Below, piece after piece: positions 1 through 9,535 of a stretch of DNA of 32,348 nt. Positions within the stretch are counted from its first letter, which is position 1; each line of letters begins with the position of its first letter. The stretch is from positions 1 to 32,348 of the forward strand of contig CAZTAB010000422.1 of the NCBI GenBank assembly GCA_964611475.1. Direction: 5' to 3'. The stretch comes from an uncultured Verrucomicrobiota bacterium. GTDB taxonomy: Bacteria > Verrucomicrobiota > Kiritimatiellia > SLOV01. The translations under genes were made by a program, and so were the position numbers. The notes under the pieces were generated by a model that was not told where the DNA came from, searched no databases, and was given only the letters and a program-made list of their open reading frames with translations.

Positions 1-25
1 AACGGCGAACTTCCGGGGCATCACT

Positions 26-2230
26 TCAACGCCGGCTCGCCGCGACCGGAAACGAAACCGAAACCTGAGCCTCGCTCAGCCGCCCGCATGATATCATGAA
101 CGTAATCTCGCCGGATTGATCCGCACCCTGAACATACGCCCTGCCCATCCCCCGTTCGATCGGGATCAGGCCGCTCTCCCGGTGACAGAGAACCTGCGCC
201 GGACCATGGACACGGACCTCCGCGTCACTGCTGTAGTCCAACACATTGTTGCCCCGCGCATCCACCGCCTCGATATCCAGCCAGGCAATTTCGTGTAAAT
301 CGTCCGCCGGGGCCGAGCACTGCGCCCGCAGGGCCGTTGCCGGGCCCCAGGGCTCCAACGAATGGGTTACAGCCTGATCATTCCATGTCCCCTCCGCGTC
401 CACCTGTTCTCCTGAAAATTCAACGGAGCAGACGGCATAGGGATCCGGCTCCAACATGTGGACGGTTTTGCCGGCGGTTGAAATGGCAACCCGGCCGCAA
501 TTCGACAAGACGTGAAGCTCGCGGGCCGTCGCTCCGGCGGCCTCGCTCCAGTCTCCCGCGATCAGCAAACACGGTCGCTCGTCGAAAAGCGCCTTCAACA
601 AGAACGCAGACAGCTTCGGGATGCGCCAGGCATCCACGATCCCGGGAAACCTCACGTACCTCTGCTTTCGAAGAGTGGCATAATCGCTGAAACACCAGAT
701 GGCTTGTCCGGCCAGAGACGCCCGATCCCCAAGCACGGACAAGTCCTTTAGGATCTTCTGCACCTGCGCGACCTGCTGCGAGAAATCGGCCCTCGGTGTG
801 GGATGCAGGCTGCATTCACTAACGACGACCGATCCATTGCGGCTTTCCCGTTCAGCTTCCTTCAGGCAGGTAATCTCGTAGTTGATGCCCAGGACATCGG
901 GAATGCCCAGCGTGTTGCGCCGCCGCCCACGGTGCAAGTGGTTCTCCGCGTACACCGTGGGCCTGGTATCGTCCAGTTCCCGGCAAATCCGCCGAAGCTC
1001 CAGGTACGCCTTCCGGTGTCGGCCTTCATTTCCCATGCCCCAGAGAACCACGGACGGGTGATGCCGGTCGCGACGAACGAGGTCCCGCATCTGCCTGCGC
1101 GCATTCTTCAGCCATCCGCCCCCGCGAACACTTTTCCATGTGGCTATCTCCGCGTATATCAGGATCCCCAACTCGTCACAGGCATCCAGGAAGACGGGAT
1201 GCTGTGGATAGTGGGACAAGCGGACGAAATTGCACCCGAACTCGCGCAGCAACTCCGCGTCATGGCGGTGCAACCCGGGAGTCATGGCGTTTCCAATTCC
1301 GGGAATGCTCTCATGCCGGTTGCATCCGCGCAGCGCCACTCTCTCCCCGTTCAGGAAACAGCCGTCCCGGGTAAACTCGACGGACCGAATGCCCGTCCGG
1401 AACGAAATACGGTCCAGAACCTCCCCGGCCAGCAGTTCCACTTCGACGGAGTAAAGGGCCGGGTCGGACAATTGCCAGAGCTCGGGTCGGAATAATTCCG
1501 CCCCCGAAATCTCCACTACGGACACGGTTCCGGGTTCGACAACAATTTCTTCCGAACTGTATGCGGAAACGTCGCCCCCTTTGGATGACGCCAATCGCCA
1601 CCGAACGTGCACACCCTGCGGGGATTCCGTTCGGTTTTCAACGCAGGAAATGAGGTCCATCCTTGCGACACCGGGTTGGATCCGGCCCGTGCGAACCCAC
1701 GTCCCCTTCCGCTGCAGCCCCAGTGGCGGGCGGCCCGCAAGCCGGCACCGGCCCGCAAGCCCGCCGTGAAGCACGAAATCCGGCATGCGGATTCCCGGAA
1801 GGACATTGCGGGGGCAATCGTTCGAAAGGCGAACGCCCAGAACATGGTTCGAACCCTGCGACACGTGCCCGGTTACGTCAGCCTCAAATCCCAGGAATTG
1901 CGAGTCGAATGCGTGCACAGGCCGGCCATCGATGAAAACCAGTCCGGTGCCGTAAAACCCTTCAGAACAAACGATCCAGCGTGTCCCGGGGCGCACGTTC
2001 CCCGGCATCTTCAGCCGCCGCCGGTAGCTTCCGGCTCCCCTGCGGTAGACAACGCCGACCTCGAACGTGTCCTTCTGATTCCAGGAGTGCGGCAGCTGCA
2101 CCGTTGCATCATCCTTCGCCGGCGGCTGCCGGAACCAGGCTCTGCCGGCACGCCCCTCGCGGTACTCCCACCCGGTATTCAGCCATTGCGAAAAACGAAG
2201 CCTGAAGCCGCTACCTTTTTCTGATTCCAT
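26..2230 (-). CDS. Glycoside hydrolase family 2 (beta-galactosidase/beta-glucuronidase-like)
   Basis: 734 aa. GH2 motifs: VQLPHSWN, LRGCNRHE, NFVRLSHYP, FLDACDELG, RDRHHPSVVLWGMGNE (acid/base Glu), VVVSEC (putative nucleophile). No obvious signal peptide. Confidence 0.9.
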   Translation of the reverse strand: MESEKGSGFRLRFSQWLNTGWEYREGRAGRAWFRQPPAKDDATVQLPHSWNQKDTFEVGVVYRRGAGSYRRRLKMPGNVRPGTRWIVCSEGFYGTGLVFIDGRPVHAFDSQFLGFEADVTGHVSQGSNHVLGVRLSNDCPRNVLPGIRMPDFVLHGGLAGRCRLAGRPPLGLQRKGTWVRTGRIQPGVARMDLISCVENRTESPQGVHVRWRLASSKGGDVSAYSSEEIVVEPGTVSVVEISGAELFRPELWQLSDPALYSVEVELLAGEVLDRISFRTGIRSVEFTRDGCFLNGERVALRGCNRHESIPGIGNAMTPGLHRHDAELLREFGCNFVRLSHYPQHPVFLDACDELGILIYAEIATWKSVRGGGWLKNARRQMRDLVRRDRHHPSVVLWGMGNEGRHRKAYLELRRICRELDDTRPTVYAENHLHRGRRRNTLGIPDVLGINYEITCLKEAERESRNGSVVVSECSLHPTPRADFSQQVAQVQKILKDLSVLGDRASLAGQAIWCFSDYATLRKQRYVRFPGIVDAWRIPKLSAFLLKALFDERPCLLIAGDWSEAAGATARELHVLSNCGRVAISTAGKTVHMLEPDPYAVCSVEFSGEQVDAEGTWNDQAVTHSLEPWGPATALRAQCSAPADDLHEIAWLDIEAVDARGNNVLDYSSDAEVRVHGPAQVLCHRESGLIPIERGMGRAYVQGADQSGEITFMISCGRLSEAQVSVSFPVAASRR

Positions 2231-4412
2231 GGTGCCCGGATGGTATCAAGTAAACAGGACGTCCCGAAAGTTCGATCTTGCCGCCTGCGAGGTCCGCTGT
2301 TTCCCCGGTCGCGGCCCGCACCTGGTCGCATTCGAAAGGAAGCGCCCAGGGTGCCGGGCTGCCCGTACGGTAGGCGACAACGCACGACCGTCCGTCCTCC
2401 AACAGGAAAAAATAAAGATGAACATCCGGTGGAGCCGACTCGTACCTTTCGAACGTTGCGTCCCCAACCTCGGTGAGAAACCGCTGCAACATATGGAACG
2501 CCGGCCGGGGACGAAGGGAGTGGATCTCGGTATCGTCAATCAATCCGTAGCCCCGGGCAACGAGGCGCCACCAGTAGACACGTTCCACCAAGCCGGAGCA
2601 AATGGTAATCAGAAGATAGCGAATCATATAGTCGGCATAGGTTTCCTCGTCTACCCCGGGATCGTTCTTTCTGGGTCCCGGCGTGTCGTACGGAGAAACC
2701 ACCGGCGAGTATACCCCGGTTCCGGTCAGCGGCCAGTTGACCTCGGAGACGATCCGCCCCCCGGAGCAACGACTCGACGAGGCGCCGGCGGCAAGCGTCA
2801 TGGCGCATTTTCGGAGCGTGTCGAACGGCCCCTGGCGATTCTCCGGGGCGCCCCGCCGGTCCACGTAGAGGTGGTGGGACATGGCGTCCAGCCAAGAGCC
2901 CTCGGGCAGGCCGCGGAGCGTGGACACCGGGTAGGGGATCTCGAAGTCGATCGCAGCCGGCCCCATGAAACGAATACCCGGGTATTTCTCCCGAAGACGC
3001 GGCAGCGGAGACAGAATCCGCATTCGCTCCCGGTGTGACCAGGCGCCCCACTTGACGCGGTTTACCGCGTGGCCGATTTCCACCCAGTCCAAAAAGGGAT
3101 GCAGGCGATCGAGAACCAGCTGCAGCATCGAGTCCCACGTGGACGGATCACGAATCGCATCCCGGCTCTGGACAAAAGCCGCCGTGACCGGGTGGCCCCG
3201 CTCATGCACGCGCCGGGCAAGCGTCATGGCCTGCTCCCAGCCTTCCGGCCCCGCATGCGCATAGAACCGGATGAGAATGGGGATGGCGCCCAATGACTGC
3301 AACGCACCCATTTCCGCGTCCAGCGTTTCGTCGCTTGGTTCAATGGCCAGGCCGATGCGTTCCTTCATCAATATCTGCCGGGCAAACGCTTGCCGCAGAT
3401 TTTTCCTGTAGGATCTCAGGAGGGCCGGCGCGCCGCAAAGGGTACTCACAAAAACCCCAAGCGCATCCCGTGGCGAATGCAACTTGTTCCGGTCTCTTCG
3501 ATGCAGCACATTGATCGGTTGCGCCGACCGGTGATCCCAGATCCAGACATCTTTAAATTCAGGATACCTCATCCGGGGCTCAACATTGCGCGCGATCCGC
3601 GCTTCACGAAACGGATGGCGGATCTTGCGCGTACGCGCATGTATCCCATACCGGCGCCGACATCGTCGCTCGCAGGCGGAAAATTCCGCGGATGGTCGCG
3701 CGTCGAAGTACATTTCGTACAGGACTCGAAGCAGGTCCGATGGAAGGTGCAGCCTCGAGAAATCACGAGCAATCTGGATCTCCGACAATTCGTCAAAGAT
3801 CCGCGCCCGATTCAAATCGACAAATGAGGCCGCCTCCCAGTGGCCGTCAACCTCCGGCGTAAGCAGGATGTTCTGATTTCCCAAGTCGCGGTGAATCACC
3901 CCCGCACGGTGCATGGCCCGCACGGAGAGCGCGATCCGCTCGAGGAGATTCATGATTTTCCAGCAGGCGGGATCTTCGCGAAAGAGGCGGATGATCTCCC
4001 GCCGCAAGTCGGTGACGTCGGGCTCCCGGATTGAAACGTAGTATGATTCGGTCAACCTGTTCCCGGTCCAGGAGTCGAGCCAGGCGACCGGACGGGGCGT
4101 GCCAACACCATGCGACGCCAGGCGCTCGGCGGCGGACCAGGACCGACGCGCCCGGGTGGCGCGCCATTTGTCGCACACATTCCTCCACAGCGCCGGCTGG
4201 CCAAACGACTTGACCACAAGGTCCACCGATTCCCCCTCGCGAACCTCCACCCCCTGCACGAGCACGACGTTGTTGCGACCGGATGACATGACCGATGCAG
4301 GCTCCCTCACCCACATGGCGACATCGGACAGGCGTTCAGGAAGGCCGGTTCCAAGAAATGCCTCGCTTATTTGCCCCACGTAGGGCTCTGGCACGCCGCC
4401 GGAACCGGTCAT
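2211..4412 (-). CDS. Lipopolysaccharide kinase (Kdo/WaaP/InaA-like) domain fused to a C-terminal glycoside-hydrolase-like TIM barrel
   Basis: Start taken at ATG 4412, which forms an ATGA overlap with the upstream stop. N-half has VVKSF, HRDLGNQNILL and FVDLNR (kinase Lys, catalytic loop and DFG-equivalent). C-half has WVEIGHAVN, AMSHHLY, IVSEVNW and VERVYWW, in clan GH-A-like strand order. Confidence 0.75.
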   Translation of the reverse strand: MTGSGGVPEPYVGQISEAFLGTGLPERLSDVAMWVREPASVMSSGRNNVVLVQGVEVREGESVDLVVKSFGQPALWRNVCDKWRATRARRSWSAAERLASHGVGTPRPVAWLDSWTGNRLTESYYVSIREPDVTDLRREIIRLFREDPACWKIMNLLERIALSVRAMHRAGVIHRDLGNQNILLTPEVDGHWEAASFVDLNRARIFDELSEIQIARDFSRLHLPSDLLRVLYEMYFDARPSAEFSACERRCRRRYGIHARTRKIRHPFREARIARNVEPRMRYPEFKDVWIWDHRSAQPINVLHRRDRNKLHSPRDALGVFVSTLCGAPALLRSYRKNLRQAFARQILMKERIGLAIEPSDETLDAEMGALQSLGAIPILIRFYAHAGPEGWEQAMTLARRVHERGHPVTAAFVQSRDAIRDPSTWDSMLQLVLDRLHPFLDWVEIGHAVNRVKWGAWSHRERMRILSPLPRLREKYPGIRFMGPAAIDFEIPYPVSTLRGLPEGSWLDAMSHHLYVDRRGAPENRQGPFDTLRKCAMTLAAGASSSRCSGGRIVSEVNWPLTGTGVYSPVVSPYDTPGPRKNDPGVDEETYADYMIRYLLITICSGLVERVYWWRLVARGYGLIDDTEIHSLRPRPAFHMLQRFLTEVGDATFERYESAPPDVHLYFFLLEDGRSCVVAYRTGSPAPWALPFECDQVRAATGETADLAGGKIELSGRPVYLIPSGHHGIRKR

Positions 4413-5392
4413 GTGGCCAACCCATCGTTGCGTCGCCGCATCAGACCCCACCAGACAACCAGGAGAAGGGCCAGAATGCAGGTTGTCAGCAGACCGTCCG
4501 TTGCATCGGACCGATGCCCGATCCAGAGGGCATCCACCGCAGCGCCGTTGTCCACCGTGAGCTTGCGGTTTGAAAACTTCACGAACACCCAGCCCGCATG
4601 GGTGCCCGCCGCCATCCAGATTGTGCCGCTGCGCGCAACCATCAGGCACAGCACCATGCTCATCAGGGTCAGATTGATAAAGCGAATTGTAACATCCTCA
4701 GTGAGTCCAACGTTTCGGAAGGACGACTCGATGACCTCAAGGACACCCCACCAGCTGACGTCCCCGGAAAACACGCCCGGCGATGCTTTGAAAAAGTGCA
4801 GATAGGCAAAGAGTGCGCTGGAAACCAGCATGGCCGGCCACAACGTCCATGCCCGCGCCAGCACCCGAAAAAGAACGCCCCGGGCGACGACTTCCTCGAA
4901 CAACCCGACGATCGCGGATCGAAGCACCACCAGACCCATCGCGAGCCAAATCGCGGATTCGTGGGGGGACCACGCCCGCTGTCCCGACAGCACAGACAAC
5001 GCAACAAGCGGCGTCAGAGTGCAAAGACCCAGCAACACACCGATCACGGATTCCCGCAGTGCATGCCCAGGATTCCATGCACTGCCCTCCGGGAGAACAC
5101 CGCAATCCCTCCATCCTCTCCAACCTGCGACCTTCAAGAGTACCGGAGCGCCGAGCACGGCAAGGAGGGTCATGAGTCGACGCATGAATCGATGGGGTTC
5201 TTCGCGCACCCATGCTCCGATCAACGATTCCGATCCCGCCATCCGAGCGTGAAGCAACAAGGTCAGGACGCCGGAGAACAGGAGAGAAAAACCAAGAATT
5301 ACAACCAGAACGATCGCAATTCGCAATGCGCGACGAGGGTCAATCCGCTGTGTTGACTTCTTCAAGGCAGGCATTCTTTCGGTCTTGATCAT
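4409..5392 (-). CDS. CPBP/Abi (CAAX protease-like) intramembrane glutamic endopeptidase
   Basis: Multiple hydrophobic helices, with motifs EEVVARG (EExxxR), FAYLH (FxxxH) and THAGW. Start uncertain (5407 TTG, 5392 ATG or 5374 ATG). Confidence 0.85.
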   Translation of the reverse strand: MIKTERMPALKKSTQRIDPRRALRIAIVLVVILGFSLLFSGVLTLLLHARMAGSESLIGAWVREEPHRFMRRLMTLLAVLGAPVLLKVAGWRGWRDCGVLPEGSAWNPGHALRESVIGVLLGLCTLTPLVALSVLSGQRAWSPHESAIWLAMGLVVLRSAIVGLFEEVVARGVLFRVLARAWTLWPAMLVSSALFAYLHFFKASPGVFSGDVSWWGVLEVIESSFRNVGLTEDVTIRFINLTLMSMVLCLMVARSGTIWMAAGTHAGWVFVKFSNRKLTVDNGAAVDALWIGHRSDATDGLLTTCILALLLVVWWGLMRRRNDGLAT

Positions 5393-5781
5393 CCCGATTT
5401 GGTGCAAGTATGGCGCAAATTGGAACCCAAAAAATGCAAATGCGGGTGAAATGTAGCAAGCACATCCGCCCAGTCAGGGGAAACAAGAGGCACCCCCTGC
5501 GGGGGGGCGAAGACCGATTGTCCATCCTCCGCCCGGGACAAATTGTCCGTCGAGCCGGAAGCGAAACCATCTGACACATTCAGACGGTCCCCGGCTCTCC
5601 ACCAGGCGCGAGGCAATGAACCCGGCGGCGGCAACGAGAATGAATGGGCTCCTGAAATCACCGGGCCTGTGCACATTTCGGATGGGATGCCCCCTGCCTC
5701 CGTTCATTATTCAACCTGGCAATCAGGGACAAAGGCATCACGTCACTGGCTCGTTGAGCACATGACCGATGCGGGGCTCGG

Positions 5782-6567
5782 CTATTCCTGACGCTGCCGG
5801 GCCTGCCAATCCAACTCGCGAAGCTTGATGTACTTCATCGCAACGCCGAACGCATTGATCAAATCGATCATGAATCCCCGCCATCCATCCAGCCAGCCGT
5901 TCCGGAAAACGAATCCCTTGAAGAACCGCCAAGCAGGGCGGAAAAGGAGATCCATCCATCGGAAATGGCGGCCGCAATCGTGCATCGTCTGCGCGCTGAT
6001 CGAAGAAAAGCGGTTCATCGTGTTCACATGGTCGGCGACGTCCTTGTACGTGTAATGCCAGATGGGTTCACGAAGCCGGATGGAGGGGCCATCCAGCTGG
6101 ACGGTATCGTGTGGCTCGACGCCACCGCTCCGCCCCATTTCCTTCAGAAAAAGCCGAATCTTGTAGTCCGGGTACCACGTGCCGTGCCGAATCCACTTCC
6201 CGAGGTAGAATACAAGGCGAGGAAACTGGAAACCCACGCACCCTTTCGGCCGGTTTTCAAACCTTTTGATCAACGCCTCTCGGAGTTGAGGAGAAACTTC
6301 CTCGTCCGCATCAAGGAAGAGGACCCAGTCATGAGTTGCCATGTCCTTCACGAGGTTTCGCTGACTGATGTAGCCCAACCATTCGTGTTGATGAACACGA
6401 GCGGTGTATTCCCTGCAAATCGGGACGGTGTTGTCGGTGCTGAAACTGTCCAGCACAATAATCTCGTCGCACCACGTCAGGCTCTCAAGGCAGCGGCGAA
6501 TATTCTGCTCCTCGTTGAACGTCATCACGCAAGCTGAAATTGGGACACCCATGGCTTTTTTCCTCAT
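5782..6567 (-). CDS. GT2 glycosyltransferase, LPS core beta-1,4-glucosyltransferase-like (WaaE/KdtX/LgtF type)
   Basis: ISACVMTFNEE, DSFSTDNT, WVLFLDADE, WYPDYKIRLF, GWLDGWRG. ATGA-coupled to the GT9 gene. Confidence 0.85.
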   Translation of the reverse strand: MRKKAMGVPISACVMTFNEEQNIRRCLESLTWCDEIIVLDSFSTDNTVPICREYTARVHQHEWLGYISQRNLVKDMATHDWVLFLDADEEVSPQLREALIKRFENRPKGCVGFQFPRLVFYLGKWIRHGTWYPDYKIRLFLKEMGRSGGVEPHDTVQLDGPSIRLREPIWHYTYKDVADHVNTMNRFSSISAQTMHDCGRHFRWMDLLFRPAWRFFKGFVFRNGWLDGWRGFMIDLINAFGVAMKYIKLRELDWQARQRQE

Positions 6568-7568
6568 TCGGCCGGCACAAGAAGAAAGGAGAGAACAGCG
6601 CCGTATACTTCCGAGGGGGGGATGGCGGCAAGCCTCATTCGCCCTTCCTTCGATTCGGCGCTGATTTTCCTGTCCCCATGACCTCCGCCCTGAATAATCC
6701 TCGCCGTGCCCAGAGGACCGGTTTTGGATGGATCAGTCATGCCAAAAATTGCCACCACAGGCGCGCCGACCGCGGCCCCCAGATGCATTCCCCCGCTGTC
6801 GTTGCAGACCAAGGCGCTGCATCGTTCCAGCAGGGCCGCCAACACGTCCAGGGTTGTGTGACCAGCCAGCGTCCTCGCTCCGTCTCCAATCCCGTGCGCA
6901 ATCTGGCGGCACAGGTCGACCTCTGTGGGCGAACCAAGAACGGCAATACACACGCCCTGCTCCGCCTGCAGCTTTTTCCCCAACTCGACGAACGAGTCCC
7001 CCGGCCATCGTTTCGAACTCCCGCGCGCCGCACCCGGCATGAAGGCCACCCAGGGGGACGGGATGTCCGTCAAAAAGGCCTCCGCCCTCTGCCGCGCCTC
7101 CCCGGAAATTTGCAGGGCCGGGGCAGGTGGCTGGTCACCATTCCAGTCCGGCACCATCAGATCGATGTATTCGAAGGCCTGATGCGTGCGATCCGGCTGA
7201 ACACAGGGCCGGACGATCTTCGTCACCAGCATCCGGCGCATGTGACCCGGCATTCCGATACGCCGCGGGATTCGCGCCAGGTATGGGACCAATGCGGAAC
7301 GAAACGAGTGCGGCCAGATGTACGCGGTCTGGCAACGCCACTCGCGGATCGTTCGGGCGGCGTTTCGTACACCGCGCAGGGCGGGCTGCAATTCCAGCAC
7401 CGTGGCGACACCCCCATGCATCCGCCACAACGGCGCAATCCCGGGCTTGCCGACGATTGCAATCCGAACGCCCGGGTTTCGCTCCACGAAAAGCTGCAGC
7501 GCCGGCATTGCCATGACGCTGTCCCCGACCCAGTTCAGCCCGCTGATCAGTACGTCGTAGTCCTTCAT
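6564..7568 (-). CDS. waaF: Lipopolysaccharide heptosyltransferase II (GT9)
   Basis: NWVGDSVMAMP, PHSFRSA, PGAARGSSKRWP, NDSGGMHLGAA. ATG 7568 overlaps the lpxK stop (ATGA). Confidence 0.85.
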   Translation of the reverse strand: MKDYDVLISGLNWVGDSVMAMPALQLFVERNPGVRIAIVGKPGIAPLWRMHGGVATVLELQPALRGVRNAARTIREWRCQTAYIWPHSFRSALVPYLARIPRRIGMPGHMRRMLVTKIVRPCVQPDRTHQAFEYIDLMVPDWNGDQPPAPALQISGEARQRAEAFLTDIPSPWVAFMPGAARGSSKRWPGDSFVELGKKLQAEQGVCIAVLGSPTEVDLCRQIAHGIGDGARTLAGHTTLDVLAALLERCSALVCNDSGGMHLGAAVGAPVVAIFGMTDPSKTGPLGTARIIQGGGHGDRKISAESKEGRMRLAAIPPSEVYGAVLSFLLVPAE

Positions 7569-8728
7569 CGGAAACAAATGCGCGCGACCCAATCATGAAA
7601 TGCGTCCACGCCGCTCAACATCTCAATTTCAACCCGAAGAAAATAGATGGGGAGATCTCTGCGATCCATCAGGGGGAACCGCACGGCGTCCTTTTCCGTG
7701 GTGATGATCGCCTCAGCACCAACGGCCAGACTTCCGTTAATGAACTCGATGATCTCTTGCTGTGTGTACCGGTGATGGTCGGGATATCGATGCGAATGGA
7801 CGATCTTCGCCCCCCGGCCGACCAGTTCCTCCTCGAACCCGGTGGGCGCGGCAATACCGGAAACAGCGCCCACACGGCATCCTTCCAGTCGTTCCAGCGG
7901 AGACCTCTCCCCGGTGTACACGTCCTGCAAATACCGAGGGCAGTGACGACACTCGGAGATCTCCGCGTCCGGATTCAATTCCCGCAGCCTGCGAATGAGG
8001 TCTCCGTTGGAATCGCCATTGCACTTCGTGATGAATATGAATCCGGCCCGCCGGATATTCTTTGCCGGTTCACGCAAAATCCCCCGGGGAAGCAGGTGCC
8101 GGTTTCCAAACGGATTCGTGCAGTCCACCAGCGCGATGTCCAGCCGGTGTTTCAATGCCATGTACTGGAACCCGTCGTCCAGCACCAGCGTGTCACACCC
8201 CAGCTTGTTGATCGCGTACTTGCAAGATTTCACCCTGTCCTTGTCAACCAGGACGGACACCTCCGGCAAATTGGATGCGAGCATGTAGGGCTCATCGCCG
8301 CTGGTCGACGAGTCCAGGAGCAGCCGCTCGCCGTCCGAGACCACCAACGGCGGGTCGACATAGTCACGCAGGGTCAGCGCGCGCATCACCCGCGTCAGGA
8401 ACGACGGTTTAACCCGCTTGTACCCCCGGCTCAGAATGGCGACCTTACGCCCGCTCTGCTGCAGCAGCCGGGCAAAAATCTCCACGATCGGCGTCTTGCC
8501 CGTTCCGCCAACGGTGAGATTCCCCACGGAAATCACCTGGATGCCCGGCGCATGGCTTCGAAAAATGCCCTGCCGAAACAGCAGCAGGCGAAACTGAACC
8601 ACAGATCGGTAAACATAGGAAAGATTGCGCAAAACCATTTTCATGATTCGCGCATCCACCGTATCCCGCCGGTCTTCGATAATGCTGACGAGATAGGCCT
8701 CGATCTGTTCCAGCCGATTCTGTGCCAC
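7565..8728 (-). CDS. lpxK: Tetraacyldisaccharide 4'-kinase
   Basis: [54 protein letters not shown] 8728 is preceded by a strong SD (GGAGGGAGG). Confidence 0.95.
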   Translation of the reverse strand: MAQNRLEQIEAYLVSIIEDRRDTVDARIMKMVLRNLSYVYRSVVQFRLLLFRQGIFRSHAPGIQVISVGNLTVGGTGKTPIVEIFARLLQQSGRKVAILSRGYKRVKPSFLTRVMRALTLRDYVDPPLVVSDGERLLLDSSTSGDEPYMLASNLPEVSVLVDKDRVKSCKYAINKLGCDTLVLDDGFQYMALKHRLDIALVDCTNPFGNRHLLPRGILREPAKNIRRAGFIFITKCNGDSNGDLIRRLRELNPDAEISECRHCPRYLQDVYTGERSPLERLEGCRVGAVSGIAAPTGFEEELVGRGAKIVHSHRYPDHHRYTQQEIIEFINGSLAVGAEAIITTEKDAVRFPLMDRRDLPIYFLRVEIEMLSGVDAFHDWVARICFR

Positions 8729-8905
8729 GGAGCCTCCCTCCCTGAAACCGTGCCATTCACAGCATGAAATCGTCAAGACCACCCGAAGGTCCGCATTCCA
8801 CGGGGCTTGCCCACAGAAGCAAAAGGCCGCAAGGTACCCGTGCTGTGCCGCAACGTCGAAGAGGCGAAATGCAGGCGATCGCTCGAGGGCCGAATGGGTT
8901 GATTC

Positions 8906-9535
8906 ATGAAATTTCCGAGTGCAAAGGAAACATTCCGCGTCATTCCCGGCAACTGGCTCCGCCCGATTCCCCTGGGGCAGTATTTTGACATCGAACAGCC
9001 GCTGGAAATCGCCCTCGGCGCGGGCAAAGGGCGGTTTCTGCTTGCCCACGCAGAGCGAAACCAGGACACCAACTTTCTCGGAATCGAGCGGATGCTGCGC
9101 CGCGTTCGAAAAATGGACCGCAAGGCCTCCACCCGCAGCCTCCGAAATATTCGGCTGCTGCGGATGGAGGCATACTACGCGACAACCTATCTTGTTCCCG
9201 CCGCCTGCGTTCGCACCTATTACATCTTCTTCCCAGATCCTTGGCCAAAGAAGCGGCACCACGGGAACCGGCTGTTCGGCAAGCAGTTCATGTCGGCTCT
9301 TTCCCGAACGCTGATCGATGGTGGGGCGATACATGTGGCAACAGATCACCTGCCTTACTTCCGGCAAATCCGGGAGAACTTTCTGGAGGACGACCGCTTC
9401 GAGGAGATCGATCCCTTCGTGCCGGACGAAGAGGAACAAACCGACTTCGAGAGATACTATATCGAACGCGGAGAAATCGGCCGTTGCTCCTACGCCCGGC
9501 TTGGGCAAGGCACTACAACAGCTCGCGGCTCTTGA
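8906..9535 (+). CDS. trmB: tRNA (guanine-N7)-methyltransferase
   Basis: LGAGKGRFL, NFLGIE, FFPDPWPKKRHH, HVATD, TDFE. Confidence 0.93.
   Translation: MKFPSAKETFRVIPGNWLRPIPLGQYFDIEQPLEIALGAGKGRFLLAHAERNQDTNFLGIERMLRRVRKMDRKASTRSLRNIRLLRMEAYYATTYLVPAACVRTYYIFFPDPWPKKRHHGNRLFGKQFMSALSRTLIDGGAIHVATDHLPYFRQIRENFLEDDRFEEIDPFVPDEEEQTDFERYYIERGEIGRCSYARLGQGTTTARGS

Noticed and set aside
1732-1762. Direct repeat GGCCCGCAAGCC x2
   Set aside because: Only two short copies inside the GH2 coding sequence, in frame. Not CRISPR-like.
4413-4649. N-terminal extension of the kinase-GH ORF
   Set aside because: Overlaps the CPBP gene. ATGA coupling at 4412 is a better start.
6540-8767. Plus-strand ORFs of 352 and 390 aa
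   Set aside because: Antisense shadows of waaF and lpxK.
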